Part shown: positions 29,713 through 40,670 of the stretch, piece after piece
Layout: each line of letters starts with the position of its first letter
Numbering within the stretch: the stretch's first letter is position 1
Assembly (NCBI GenBank): GCA_015492075.1
Contig: WGFU01000037.1
Location: 1,425-65,424 of the forward strand
Length of the DNA stretch: 64,000 bases
From: Gammaproteobacteria bacterium
Lineage (GTDB): Bacteria > Pseudomonadota > Gammaproteobacteria > GCA-2400775
Direction: 5' to 3'
Notes under the pieces: generated by a model
What the model was told of the DNA's origin: nothing
Database searches by the model: none
The model's input: only the letters and a program-made list of their open reading frames with translations
Program-made: the position numbers and the translations under genes

Positions 29713-31104
29713 ATGATCAACGACCAAATCAAACAGCGAGCGCTCGTTTTTGCCATCCTCATCGTTTGGGGCGGCCTCATTCTTTGGTTCAAACTTGTGC
29801 AGTTCAGCCCCTACGGCATAGAAGAAGGTGCTGCACGTGCTTTACTGCTGACTTGGTCGCTGACCGAACGCATCGTTAATCCTATTGTATTTTTTGGCGC
29901 GCCCGACTTTCGCGCGCTGATATTTATTCCCTTGGCGCTATATTGGAGCGGTAGCTTGCTCGCCGCCAAGGTCTTTACCCTGCTCTCCCTATTTGGTGCC
30001 GTGCTATTCCTCTATCGCTGGGCCCGCTCGACTATGGATGCAGAAGTGGCCTTAATCGCCAGTGGCTTGCTACTGATTGCACCACTGAGCCTGCAACAAA
30101 TCGATGCCATGGGCGCCGGTGTTTATTTATTACTCGCTTTCGGTCTCGGTATCTGGCTTAACCAACGTATTCGCAGCAAAGAAAAATTACTGACTGCATG
30201 GTATTTCGTCCACCTTATCGTGGTCGCCGCGATTATCAGCCTACACCCCATAGGGCTGGGTTATGCACTCGGCATACTCTGGTTATGGCAACGTCAGCCG
30301 ATCAATAGCGGCATGAAAAAACAGATGCTGATAGGTCTTGGCCTAAGCGCTGTGTTTGTCGGTTTGCTGCAGGCTGGCTGGATCGACATTACATGGTTCA
30401 ACAACCCGATCACGGTTCTCGGCAGCGCCTTACTCGCTATCAACGATTCCAATAGCGGTGCCGCCTGGTTTGCTGGCGCAGTAACCCTGGCCTTGTTCGC
30501 TATAGCGGTCATTCGCTCGCGCAAGCTGATATTCAATGACGGTATGGCACTGAGCTTATTGCTGGCCAGCCTCATTGGCCTCTTATGCGCCGACAAAGCA
30601 TGGGCCTTGTTGCTACTCACCTTATTGCTCTATATCGGCACACAACAGCTGATTCACGCCCAACAATTTGGCATGCGTGGTTTTATGGCCCAGCGCGGCC
30701 TCGCCCTCGCCATATTGTTCATTGTCGCGTTTATTTTTATGCAAGGCGACAAGTCGCACTATACAACCTTGGCGCGCGCTGATTTCGGTGATAACGACCG
30801 TTTAATAGCGACACTGGTAGCATCGGTCGGCCAGGACGCCAAGCTCCGAGTCAGCAGTCAATGGCCAGGCCGCACCATGCTCGCCTTAAAGCAAGCAACG
30901 CTACCGCTACCGCCCACCATCGATGACGATGCGCGTTTTCTTGAGATCACCCAAGGTCTGACTCATATTATCTTCGACCATACCGACCCGAACAATAGGG
31001 CTTTAGCGCGACAAATTGCACGGCTTAGCGGCAATCTGTCAACATTGTCGCGCGAACCCGGCGGTGTCATTATTGAAGTGCGGTCTCAGCGAAACGCACC
31101 CTAA
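29713..31104 (+). CDS. multi-TM protein, GT-C/PMT-like glycosyltransferase candidate
   Basis: More than 10 TM segments, acidic EE in the first loop, C-terminal soluble domain. Confidence 0.55.
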   Translation: MINDQIKQRALVFAILIVWGGLILWFKLVQFSPYGIEEGAARALLLTWSLTERIVNPIVFFGAPDFRALIFIPLALYWSGSLLAAKVFTLLSLFGAVLFLYRWARSTMDAEVALIASGLLLIAPLSLQQIDAMGAGVYLLLAFGLGIWLNQRIRSKEKLLTAWYFVHLIVVAAIISLHPIGLGYALGILWLWQRQPINSGMKKQMLIGLGLSAVFVGLLQAGWIDITWFNNPITVLGSALLAINDSNSGAAWFAGAVTLALFAIAVIRSRKLIFNDGMALSLLLASLIGLLCADKAWALLLLTLLLYIGTQQLIHAQQFGMRGFMAQRGLALAILFIVAFIFMQGDKSHYTTLARADFGDNDRLIATLVASVGQDAKLRVSSQWPGRTMLALKQATLPLPPTIDDDARFLEITQGLTHIIFDHTDPNNRALARQIARLSGNLSTLSREPGGVIIEVRSQRNAP

Positions 31105-31126
31105 GCAGGCTGTAGGCGACAGGCTC

Positions 31127-31942
31127 CTAGCGCTGACAACGACTACAATAAACCGTCGCGCGCTGACCGAGACGCACTAATTTAAGCATTGCGCCGCAGA
31201 CCTGGCAAGCTTGGCTACCACGCCCATAAACCTTGTGCTTAAAGGCAAAATAACCAGGCTTGCCATCACTGTTGACAAAATCGCGCAAAGTAGAACCACC
31301 ACTTTCTATCGCTGCTTGTAGAACGCATTTTATTTCGTTCGCCAATATTCGATAACGTTTGATGGAAATACGGCCTGCCGCGCGCAGCGGGTGAATACCT
31401 GCCATAAACAAAGCCTCATTGGCGTAGATATTACCGACGCCGGCCACCACACCACTGTCCATAATAAAATTTTTTACCGCTGTACTGCGCCCGCGCGAAC
31501 GAGTCAGCAAATACTCGCCATTAAATTCATCTGACAAGGGCTCAGGGCCGATAGTCGCTAACAGCTTGTGCTGCGCCTCACCTTGCGGCAACCACAATAC
31601 GCTGCCAAAACGCCGCGGATCGTGCAAACGCAAACAAGCGCCGTTTTCAAATACAACATCGACATGGTCATGTTTACCTGCTGAAGGCGCCTGCGCTAAA
31701 TAACGCAGATTGCCAGACATGCCAAGATGCACCATCATCGTCCCGGCCGCGCTCAGCAACAACAAATACTTACCACGGCGTTCAACGCTGTCAACGGTTT
31801 GCCCACGGAACTCCCTGGCCAAACTCTTCGGCACACCGTAGCGAAGCTTCGGGTTACGTACCACCACTCTGGCAACACGCTGCCCCACAACGTGCGGCGC
31901 TATGCCCCGGCGGGTGATTTCCACTTCAGGTAATTCGGGCAT
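31127..31942 (-). CDS. mutM: formamidopyrimidine-DNA glycosylase
   Basis: Starts MPELPEVE; HLGMSG, GVGNIYANE, C-terminal zinc finger. Confidence 0.97.
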   Translation of the reverse strand: MPELPEVEITRRGIAPHVVGQRVARVVVRNPKLRYGVPKSLAREFRGQTVDSVERRGKYLLLLSAAGTMMVHLGMSGNLRYLAQAPSAGKHDHVDVVFENGACLRLHDPRRFGSVLWLPQGEAQHKLLATIGPEPLSDEFNGEYLLTRSRGRSTAVKNFIMDSGVVAGVGNIYANEALFMAGIHPLRAAGRISIKRYRILANEIKCVLQAAIESGGSTLRDFVNSDGKPGYFAFKHKVYGRGSQACQVCGAMLKLVRLGQRATVYCSRCQR

Positions 31943-31953
31943 TGGCTGCTCTT

Positions 31954-33306
31954 TTAGTAACGGCGGCGACGCCACCAGATGAGGCCACCTGTTAGCAGCA
32001 ATAATGCCGGCAAAACAATAAGGAAACCTATTGCTATCAGCTGCGACTGCAACAAGCTGAGGTTTAACTCTCGGTCACCACGCTCGACCAATGGAATGGA
32101 CATTAACTTGTCGTCGGCACTTAGCCAGTTCACTAGCCGCAAACCGAGACCAAGATTGCCTGCGTTGCCTATATACTGGTTAGAGATGAAATCGCCATCG
32201 CCCAAAACAATAATACGCTGCGCTTTTTTATGTCCCGCGCCAAGCACAAACTGGCGCTCTAGCGCCACCGCAATAGGGACAGGGCCTGCCAGATCTGCAT
32301 CACCCAATCTCACATTGCCGGCGATATCGCCACGCTCAAGCCAACTTTGATCACCGCTGTTTAATACAATATCTCGATGCCAGCCCTTAGGGTCAGTTTG
32401 CAACATAACCGCGGTCACTTGCGGAAATAATGTCGTTGCCTCGAATTTGGCCCATAAAGGGTGATCAGGGTAGTTCGCAACAACAGTAAAGGTCGGATTA
32501 TCGAGACCCACCAAACGCGCCAGGGGATCGACGACAGTTGCGCCATCAATGGTCAGCGTCAAATACTTTGCCAGCCTGGCCAGGCCGTAATCATTGCCTG
32601 GCTCCACCAACCATAGCAGGTTGCCACCTGACTCGACATACTTGATAACGTGATCAACCTCGCCAGGCAACCAGCTCAATTGCGGCCCGGCAATAATCAG
32701 CATCGCTGCGTTATCAGGCACGCCGGCGCTTTGCGAAAGATTGACGTTGGCAATATGAAAGCCTTGCTGTTTTAGCTCATTGCCCCAATTACCCAGATCG
32801 TGATTGGTCCGCCCGCCGGATTTGCGTTCACCATGACCGATAGCAAAAACCAGCCAACGATCACCTTGGCGCAACAGTCTTTGCAAACCGTTGCTAAATG
32901 CCTGCTCGCGCAAACTTTTCACGTGCTCGCTGCGACTGCCCAGCGTTAACACCATTTCGCCGTCAACCTCGATATTACGATCACGCACCTGCTGCGGCTG
33001 CGCGTCGGGATCAATAAATGACAAATCAATATCGGGCTTGAAGCGACGATAACGTGCGACCAATTGGGTAATGGCTTGCCGAACCGCTATGTTTTTTTCG
33101 CGCGCATAGACGGTGACACTGAGCGGGTCATCGATTTTTGCTAGCACGGCGACGCTGTTTGCTGACAGCGTATTGCTTTGCGTTTGCGTCCAGTCAAACT
33201 GCCGGTCCCATTTCAGCACCAGCCAATAGACAACACTGGCAAGAAAAATGACCGCAATGAAAACCAATGTGGCTGAAACGCGATGCCATGCGGACTCTTT
33301 AACCAT
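31954..33306 (-). CDS. GldG-family ABC transporter auxiliary protein
   Basis: DWT...NTLS, GHGE, GGNLL, GDGDFISN, terminal TM helices. Confidence 0.9.
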   Translation of the reverse strand: MVKESAWHRVSATLVFIAVIFLASVVYWLVLKWDRQFDWTQTQSNTLSANSVAVLAKIDDPLSVTVYAREKNIAVRQAITQLVARYRRFKPDIDLSFIDPDAQPQQVRDRNIEVDGEMVLTLGSRSEHVKSLREQAFSNGLQRLLRQGDRWLVFAIGHGERKSGGRTNHDLGNWGNELKQQGFHIANVNLSQSAGVPDNAAMLIIAGPQLSWLPGEVDHVIKYVESGGNLLWLVEPGNDYGLARLAKYLTLTIDGATVVDPLARLVGLDNPTFTVVANYPDHPLWAKFEATTLFPQVTAVMLQTDPKGWHRDIVLNSGDQSWLERGDIAGNVRLGDADLAGPVPIAVALERQFVLGAGHKKAQRIIVLGDGDFISNQYIGNAGNLGLGLRLVNWLSADDKLMSIPLVERGDRELNLSLLQSQLIAIGFLIVLPALLLLTGGLIWWRRRRY

Positions 33307-34048
33307 ACACGCGCTCGCGATGAAGTTGTCGTACAGTGAGCAATAAAAACACTGCTGCCACGAGCAGGAAATACGCCACGCTTTCTAAGGCTAGCAAACC
33401 ACTGAGCAAGGTTTGATAGTGGTGACTCATCGAAATATGGCTCAGTAAGCTGTCACCGCCATCAGGCTTGACGCCGCTATCGACCATCCATAACAACAAG
33501 ACCAAGGCGAATGTCGTTATTGCGGCAATCGCCGATTGCGCGGTCAGAGATGACATGTAAAGACCGATGGCGACCAGTGCCATGATGAATAAAAATACGG
33601 CCAGCAACGCTGCTGCGATCTGCCCCAAATCCAGCTCCGTACCGAGATTTAACGATATTGCCATCAAGGCGATCATTAGCCAGCTAAAACCAAAAAAGGC
33701 CATCACCGCAAGATATTTACCCAACACAATGGCTCGCATCGATAGCGGTGAACTTAATAACAACACACGTGTATGCAAACGTTTTTCGTCGCACAGCATA
33801 CGCATGGTGAGCAGGGGTATCACCACCATGAATAGCGTTGGTACGTTGCCCAACATACGTATCACCACCAGCAAAGTGGCACCCGGCGCCTGCGGGTTTA
33901 GTGCTAGTTCATCTTGCCCTGCAATAAAACTGTCTATGTTTAACAAAAAGATATAAGCCAACAATAATTGCACCAAGGCCAGCGCCACCCACGCCAGCGG
34001 TGATAAAAACAGGCTGCGTAATTCATGACGTGCAATATGAACAATCAT
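33299..34048 (-). CDS. ABC-2 permease (GldF-like)
   Basis: ELRSLFLSPLAW, PLLTMR, IVLGKY. Confidence 0.9.
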   Translation of the reverse strand: MIVHIARHELRSLFLSPLAWVALALVQLLLAYIFLLNIDSFIAGQDELALNPQAPGATLLVVIRMLGNVPTLFMVVIPLLTMRMLCDEKRLHTRVLLLSSPLSMRAIVLGKYLAVMAFFGFSWLMIALMAISLNLGTELDLGQIAAALLAVFLFIMALVAIGLYMSSLTAQSAIAAITTFALVLLLWMVDSGVKPDGGDSLLSHISMSHHYQTLLSGLLALESVAYFLLVAAVFLLLTVRQLHRERVYG

Positions 34049-35031
34049 GACCGCGTGCCCTCGGGGGACAACGCCCGCTCGTTCGTCGTAATATCAATAA
34101 ACACCTGCTCAAGATCCATCTGTTGCGGGATCAATTCGTAGAGACCGAGCTGATTCTCCACTGCATATTGTGCGACGCGTTCTGCTGGATTATTTTTTTC
34201 ATCAATCTCCAGCTGAAAATGACAGTCACCACGAGGGCACATTGCACCAACACGCTGGACGGCGACAACACCATCAATAGCTAACAAGGCACCAAGATTC
34301 GGTTCTTTGCGTACGGAAAGCAACAAGGTGGCAGCCGACATCTGCGCCGACAAGGACGATATATCGTCTGCGAAAACAATACGACCATGGTCTAGAATCT
34401 GTACGCGGTCGCACACCGCTTGCACTTCAGACAAAATATGCGTCGATAAAATCACGCCATGATCCCGGGCAAGCTCACGAATCAAACCGCGAATCTCGCG
34501 AATCTGTACCGGGTCAAGACCCACTGTGGGCTCGTCAAGCACAATCAAGTCGGGTAAATGCACTATCGCCTGGGCAATTCCCACGCGTTGCTGATAACCC
34601 TTCGATAGCCGACCAATAATGCGTCGACCTACCTTGCTAAGCCCACAGCGTTGCTTGATATCGCGAATACGTTGATATCGCTGAACAGCAGGCACGCGGC
34701 GAAGTCGCGCGCAATAATCGAGATACTCATCAACGCTTAAATCACGGTATAAAGGCGGTTGTTCCGGTAGATAACCGAGTCGACTCTTAGCCTTAATAGC
34801 GTCTTTGATGATATCGTGACCAACAATTGTAATGGTGCCATGTGTCGGCGCCAACACGCCACACAACATATTCATGGTAGTGGATTTGCCCGCGCCGTTG
34901 GCGCCAAGAAAACCCAGAACTTCACCACGCTTGAGATAAAAGCTCACCTCATGAACGGCGGTCAAATCACCGTAGCGCCTACCGACCCTGTCAACGCTAA
35001 CCAATATTTGCTTATCCATTATGGCTATCAT
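34045..35031 (-). CDS. ABC ATP-binding protein (GldA-like)
   Basis: GANGAGKST, LSKGYQQRVG, LDEPTVGLDP. Confidence 0.92.
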   Translation of the reverse strand: MIAIMDKQILVSVDRVGRRYGDLTAVHEVSFYLKRGEVLGFLGANGAGKSTTMNMLCGVLAPTHGTITIVGHDIIKDAIKAKSRLGYLPEQPPLYRDLSVDEYLDYCARLRRVPAVQRYQRIRDIKQRCGLSKVGRRIIGRLSKGYQQRVGIAQAIVHLPDLIVLDEPTVGLDPVQIREIRGLIRELARDHGVILSTHILSEVQAVCDRVQILDHGRIVFADDISSLSAQMSAATLLLSVRKEPNLGALLAIDGVVAVQRVGAMCPRGDCHFQLEIDEKNNPAERVAQYAVENQLGLYELIPQQMDLEQVFIDITTNERALSPEGTRS

Positions 35032-35101
35032 ACATGACAGTAGAGGCCGTTACCGTTATCATTCTTTTGTGAAAACATGTCATTGCGCATAGAAATTACC
35101 A

Positions 35102-37087
35102 TTGCCTGAGAAAAACATCCACATCATCGGCGTCGACAGCGGTGGCACGTTTACCGATTTTATTTACTACAATGGTCACATACTGACCACCTGCAAAGTC
35201 TTGTCAACGCCTCAAGCCCCTGAACGCGCTATTTTACAAGGCTTACAGCAACTCGGCGCTCCTCTTGATAAGAGTACGATTATCCATGGCTCAACCGTGG
35301 CAACCAATGCGGTGCTCGAAGGCAAAGGCGCGCGCACCGCTTTGGTAACAAATCGTGGCTTTGCCGACATGCTGACGATTGGCCGCCAGACACGTAGCGC
35401 GCTCTATGCGCTCGAGCCTACCTCTGCTGCAGCACCCGTCCCGGCAGAGCTATGTTTTGAAATCGGCGCGCGTATTGATGCCAGCGGCAATATTCTCTGT
35501 GAGCCCGATCGACAACAGCTGGCCGCCTTGAGCCAGCAAATCCGTGCCGCCAAGGTTGAAGCCGTGGCCATTAATTTACTGTTTTCCTTTGTGGATAGCC
35601 GTCATGAACAAGCGATTGCCAAGGCCTTACCAGCGCAGTTGTTTATTTCATGCTCATCGGCCGTACTGGCCGAATATAAAGAATACGAACGCGGCGTTAG
35701 CACCTGGCTCAATGCCTTTGTCGGCCCGGTCATTAAACGCTATTTAACGCAGCTTGCTAGCAAATTACCAAATAGCTCTATCAGCATTATGCAAAGCTCA
35801 GGCGGTATCGCAGCGATTGATCATTGCGCTGATCACGGTGTACGCCTGCTTTTGTCAGGCCCTGCCGGTGGCCTGGCAGCGGCGCGCCATATCGCCAAGC
35901 AATGCCACATCTCTCGCTTGCTCAGCTTGGATATGGGCGGTACGTCAACCGATGTCGCATTGATTGACGGCGAGCTGCAACTCACCACTGAGGGACGTAT
36001 CGGCTCTTATCCGGTTGCCGTGGCCATGGTCGACATCCATACGATTGGCGCTGGCGGTGGCTCTATCGCCTGGGTCGATGAAGGTGGCCTGTTGCAAGTC
36101 GGGCCGCAATCCGCCGGTGCTGATCCGGGACCTGCATGTTATGGCAATGTGGGCACCTCTGCTGTCGCCACGCTCACTGACGCCAATCTCGTGCTTGGCA
36201 AGCTGCCCCGTGATACGTGTCTGGCGGGTGATATGGCGCTCGATTATGATGCGGCCGCGGCAGCCATCCACCCCTTATCGAAACAACTCGGCCTCAGCAT
36301 CGCTGACACTGCGGCCGGTATTGTTGTCATCGCAGAACAACATATGAGCACTGCGCTAAGGCAAATCTCTATTCAGCGCGGCCATGATCCGCGCCAATTT
36401 TGCATAAGCTCATTTGGTGGTGCCGGCGGCCTGCATGTATGCGCACTGGCAGATAGCTTGGGCATAGTGCAAGCGATTATTCCACACTACGCAGGTGTTT
36501 TATCTGCCTTTGGCATGCTCGTCGCACCATGTAAAGAACTACTTTCCCGCACACTGCTTGGTGACGATAGGCGCTCAGACCAAAACATCGAACGCGCCTT
36601 CGCACAGCTTGTCACACAGGCGCAGACCAATCTGCGCGCGCAAGGCTTTGCAAAGCGTGATATCACGGTGCAACGCAGTGTCGACATGCGGTATCAAGGC
36701 CAGTCATTTACACTTAATGTCGATTGGCTAGGACTCGATAAGTCGAGCCACCTTTTTCAAGACAAACATCAGCAGCGCTATGGCCACCGGCTCAATCATG
36801 ATGTCGAGCTGGTCACTATACGTGTTACGGCTATCGGGCCGGAGCCGTCTCTGACCGTCTCGCCTATTGAAAGGGCTATGCCTGACAGTCGGCCAATAAA
36901 GCAAACAAATATCTACCAAGTAGATGCCGCCGTGCCAGTCTATCAACGCCAACAATTAAGCCAAGATAAACTGGTCGTCGGCCCAGCGATTATTTGCGAA
37001 ACGATGACGACCAGCTATATTGCACCTAAGTGGCAGGCTCGGCTGGACAAACACGGCCATCTACGGCTATCAAGGCATCACGACTGA
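35102..37087 (+). CDS. hydantoinase/oxoprolinase A-type subunit
   Basis: DSGGTFTD, HGSTVATNA, SGPAGG, DMGGTSTD, IGAGGGS, SAGADPGPACY. Confidence 0.93.
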   Translation: MPEKNIHIIGVDSGGTFTDFIYYNGHILTTCKVLSTPQAPERAILQGLQQLGAPLDKSTIIHGSTVATNAVLEGKGARTALVTNRGFADMLTIGRQTRSALYALEPTSAAAPVPAELCFEIGARIDASGNILCEPDRQQLAALSQQIRAAKVEAVAINLLFSFVDSRHEQAIAKALPAQLFISCSSAVLAEYKEYERGVSTWLNAFVGPVIKRYLTQLASKLPNSSISIMQSSGGIAAIDHCADHGVRLLLSGPAGGLAAARHIAKQCHISRLLSLDMGGTSTDVALIDGELQLTTEGRIGSYPVAVAMVDIHTIGAGGGSIAWVDEGGLLQVGPQSAGADPGPACYGNVGTSAVATLTDANLVLGKLPRDTCLAGDMALDYDAAAAAIHPLSKQLGLSIADTAAGIVVIAEQHMSTALRQISIQRGHDPRQFCISSFGGAGGLHVCALADSLGIVQAIIPHYAGVLSAFGMLVAPCKELLSRTLLGDDRRSDQNIERAFAQLVTQAQTNLRAQGFAKRDITVQRSVDMRYQGQSFTLNVDWLGLDKSSHLFQDKHQQRYGHRLNHDVELVTIRVTAIGPEPSLTVSPIERAMPDSRPIKQTNIYQVDAAVPVYQRQQLSQDKLVVGPAIICETMTTSYIAPKWQARLDKHGHLRLSRHHD

Positions 37088-37137
37088 TATCAGGCCGATA
37101 GAGTTTCTTTTAATGAATGCACTTACAGCTGAGCCCA

Positions 37138-38490
37138 TCACAACAAAAAGACCGTGGCCAGACCAAGGAAGACCAAAAAACCTATGACATCTGTCACCGT
37201 GGTGAGCAACACACTGCCACCCAATGCGGGGTCGCTGCCGATACGCCTGAGCAACAAGGGGATAGCCACACCGGCCAGCGCCGCAACGACGAGATTGATC
37301 ACTAAGGCAACTGCGATAATCGCCCCTATTTCATAGTCATCAAACCAAAACACGACAACCAATGTGACCACCACCGCCCATAACAAACCATTGAGTATCC
37401 CTACTGCCATTTCTTTACGTAACAAGCGCCAGGAGTTTGATGAACTGACCTGATCCAGAGCCAAGCCTCTGATCACCAACGTTAAGGTCTGGCTCCCAGC
37501 AATGCCTCCCATGCTGGCAACAATTGGCATCAGTACCGCCAAGGCAACGATCTTTTCTATGGTTGCATCAAACAGAGCGATCACCACAGAGGCAGCAAAC
37601 GCGGTCAATAAATTCGTCCCCAGCCAAACAGCGCGGCGACCAGTACTAATCCAAATAGGCGAGAACAAGCCTTCTTCCTCGCGCAAACCGGCCATACTGG
37701 TTAGCGACTGACCGCCTTGCTCACGGATGACGTCGACAATATCGTCAATAGTAATACGACCCAACAAGCGATTGTGGTCATCAACTACCGGCGCAGATAT
37801 TATATCGTGGCGCGCAAAATGGTTCGCAATATCTGCTTCCGGCATCGCCACATTAATGGCATCAAAGTCGCTGGCCATTGCCTCAGCAACGGTAGTATCA
37901 GGTTGCAGCGTGACAATTTGTGCAATGCGCAACACGCCCAAATAGCTGTCATCGCGATCGACAACAAATAACTTGTCGGTCGATTCGGGCAATTCACCAC
38001 GCAAACGCAGATAGCGCAGCACCACATCAAGGCTGACGTCGGGCCGTACAGTGATGGCGTCGGTGTTCATCAAACCACCGGCGGTATCCTCAGGATAAGA
38101 AAGTACTTGTTCGATGCGTTCGCGATCCTGGCGATCCATGCTTTCAAGAATTTCACGGCTGTCCTGGTCTGACAGGCTTTGCAAAATATCGGCAATGTCG
38201 TCGGTATCCAGGCCTTCTGTTGCAGCGATTATCTGCGGCAGGCCCATGTCACGAATCAGGCTGGCACGAACGTCGTCGTGCAAATGTGATAACACTGCGC
38301 CACGAGTATCCGCTGTTAGCCAACGCCAGACGGTTTCGCGTTCACTGCTCGGCATACCTTCGATGAGATGCGCGATCTCGGCCGGATGTAACTCAGGCAG
38401 CAAGGCGCGCGCCTCATCATGGGCATCATTACGTAAATACGTCATGAATTCCTGCAACTGTTCTTTATATTCTTGTTTTTCGCCTGACAT
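37138..38490 (-). CDS. mgtE: magnesium transporter MgtE
   Basis: YPEDTAGGLM, CBS pair, MPIVASMGG, DPAL, TTVTD. Confidence 0.95.
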   Translation of the reverse strand: MSGEKQEYKEQLQEFMTYLRNDAHDEARALLPELHPAEIAHLIEGMPSSERETVWRWLTADTRGAVLSHLHDDVRASLIRDMGLPQIIAATEGLDTDDIADILQSLSDQDSREILESMDRQDRERIEQVLSYPEDTAGGLMNTDAITVRPDVSLDVVLRYLRLRGELPESTDKLFVVDRDDSYLGVLRIAQIVTLQPDTTVAEAMASDFDAINVAMPEADIANHFARHDIISAPVVDDHNRLLGRITIDDIVDVIREQGGQSLTSMAGLREEEGLFSPIWISTGRRAVWLGTNLLTAFAASVVIALFDATIEKIVALAVLMPIVASMGGIAGSQTLTLVIRGLALDQVSSSNSWRLLRKEMAVGILNGLLWAVVVTLVVVFWFDDYEIGAIIAVALVINLVVAALAGVAIPLLLRRIGSDPALGGSVLLTTVTDVIGFLVFLGLATVFLL

Positions 38491-38614
38491 AGGTCACTGT
38501 GCCGCCAACTCGTTAATCTGCCTGAGTGTAGGCAATATTTATGAATAAAAAAACCCTGGCCTGCAGTGATAGTCAGGGTAGGGCGAAAACAAGCAGTTTC
38601 GCTTGGCGCTTTGA

Positions 38615-40357
38615 CTAGATATCGTAGTTAATACGATCGAGCAATTCTTCAACTTCATTACTGGTGCCGGCACGATGCACGCTATGCATCAGCGCGGACA
38701 ATTCTGATACCGAACTGTTGACCACAATGCGGCGCACATCGAGGCAGGCGCGCGGGTTCATGCTAAACACTCGCAAACCCATCCCCAAGAGCAAACGTAT
38801 ATAGCGCGCGTCACCCGCCATCTCACCACACATTGCTACTGGAATCCCGGCCTTGAGACCGGCCTTAATGGTCATACCAATCAACTTTAGTACGGCCGGA
38901 TGCGCAGGCTTGTAAAGATGGTTGACGTCCTCATCGAGCCGATCAACGGCCAGCGTATACTGAATGAGATCATTAGTACCAATCGACAAAAAGTCGAGAT
39001 GGCGTGCAAAAGCATCGGCATCGAGGGCTGCAGCCGGTACCTCGATCATGCCACCGATAGGAATATCGTCATCAAACGGGATATTGGCCTGGCGCAGTTC
39101 TCGCTTAACATCCTCAATCAATTGAACCGCCTGCAATAACTCTTCTACGTTAGTGAGCATCGGTAACATAAGGCGTAATTTACCGTACACTGACGCACGC
39201 AAAATCGCGCGCAATTGCGGATAAAACAAGGAAGGGTCTTTCAGGCACAAGCGTATCGCGCGCAAGCCAAGTGCCGGATTGGTTGCGATGGCGCCACCTC
39301 GACCGACACCATCCACCTGCTTGTCAGCACCGAGATCCAATGTCCGTATCGTCACCGGCGCCCTATTAGCGCGCTCAACAATATGCCGGTAGGCGCTGTA
39401 TTGCGCCTCTTCGCTTGGCGCTCCATTGCCCATCATAAACACCATCTCAGTGCGATAAAGGCCTATGCCATCACTGCCAGCAGCATGCATTAAGTCAATG
39501 TCTTCTTCTGTTTCGACGTTAGCCAGCAATTCAATATTGACGCCATCCAGCGTTACCGCCGAACGATCCCTTAAATCGGCCAGCCGCGCCCGCTGCCGCA
39601 AGGCGATTTGTTGACGGCTTTCAATATGCTGCAACAAGGCTTCATCACAATCCGCCAGCACCATGCCGCGCTCACTATCTAGCGCTATCATCTCATTGTG
39701 GTAGATATAACGGCGCAGATGATGCACACCAACAATGGCAGGAATACCCAAGCTGCGGGCCAAAATCGCTGCATGTGAATTGATGCCACCGTGCTCGCTG
39801 ACAAAGCCCGCTACGCCCTGTGATTTGAATAATATCGTTTCTGCCGGCGTCACGTCCTCGGCGATAATCACACGACCCGCCAGCGATGCTTCCGTTCCGA
39901 CAAGACCTTGCTCGCCGGAGTCACCGAGCAAACTTTGCACGCGGTTAACGACATGATCGACGTCATCTCGCCGGCTACGCAGATAAGGATCATCCATTTC
40001 CTCGAACACGGTGACCAAGGCGTCACGCTGATATTTCAGTGCCCACTCGGCATTGCACTGATGCTCTCGCATATAGTCTATAGGCACTTTCGAAAGCGCA
40101 CTGTCCTCCAGCATCAGTATGTGGGTGTCGATAAACGCGGCAATCTCCGTTGGCGCCGAAGCAGGGATATGCTGTCGTATGGTATCAAGCTGTTGCTTGG
40201 CTCGCGCCAACGCCAGCTCGTAACGGGTCACTTCATCATCGACATATTGCTGCGGAATATTGTATTCAAGCACTTCCGGCTGGATACTATGGAAGATATG
40301 TGCGCGACCGATAACGAGACCACGTGTAACACCGATTCCCGTTAGTGCAGTTGTCAT
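38615..40357 (-). CDS. ptsI: PTS enzyme I (no GAF domain)
   Basis: SHAAILARS, GLYRTE, NPALGLR, GTNDLIQY, CGEMAG. Confidence 0.95.
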   Translation of the reverse strand: MTTALTGIGVTRGLVIGRAHIFHSIQPEVLEYNIPQQYVDDEVTRYELALARAKQQLDTIRQHIPASAPTEIAAFIDTHILMLEDSALSKVPIDYMREHQCNAEWALKYQRDALVTVFEEMDDPYLRSRRDDVDHVVNRVQSLLGDSGEQGLVGTEASLAGRVIIAEDVTPAETILFKSQGVAGFVSEHGGINSHAAILARSLGIPAIVGVHHLRRYIYHNEMIALDSERGMVLADCDEALLQHIESRQQIALRQRARLADLRDRSAVTLDGVNIELLANVETEEDIDLMHAAGSDGIGLYRTEMVFMMGNGAPSEEAQYSAYRHIVERANRAPVTIRTLDLGADKQVDGVGRGGAIATNPALGLRAIRLCLKDPSLFYPQLRAILRASVYGKLRLMLPMLTNVEELLQAVQLIEDVKRELRQANIPFDDDIPIGGMIEVPAAALDADAFARHLDFLSIGTNDLIQYTLAVDRLDEDVNHLYKPAHPAVLKLIGMTIKAGLKAGIPVAMCGEMAGDARYIRLLLGMGLRVFSMNPRACLDVRRIVVNSSVSELSALMHSVHRAGTSNEVEELLDRINYDI

Positions 40358-40397
40358 ACCGCCTCCGTGCTGCAGCTATCAGCCCCGGTCCGCCTTA

Positions 40398-40670
40398 TCA
40401 TTGCAGGCCTTCATCAAATCCGGCATGGAACAAGCTCGCTAAGCTATCAAGCGCCTCATCTTCATCGACCCCATCAGCAACTAACTCTAGTTTAGTGCCC
40501 TTGCTCGCCGCCAGCATCATGACCCCCATAATGCTCTTTCCATTAACACAATGCGAACCATTGATAAGCTGCACAGAACTCTGAAAACTTGACGCCAATT
40601 TAACAAACTTGGCTGCCGCGCGTGCGTGCAAACCCAATTTATTAACGACCGTTACCTCCCTATTTTGCAT
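40398..40670 (-). CDS. ptsH: HPr phosphocarrier
   Basis: GLHARAA (His15) and KSIMG (Ser46). Confidence 0.93.
   Translation of the reverse strand: MQNREVTVVNKLGLHARAAAKFVKLASSFQSSVQLINGSHCVNGKSIMGVMMLAASKGTKLELVADGVDEDEALDSLASLFHAGFDEGLQ

Noticed and set aside
29574..29879. 101-aa plus-strand ORF
   Set aside because: Overlaps the 463-aa membrane gene out of frame and has no features.
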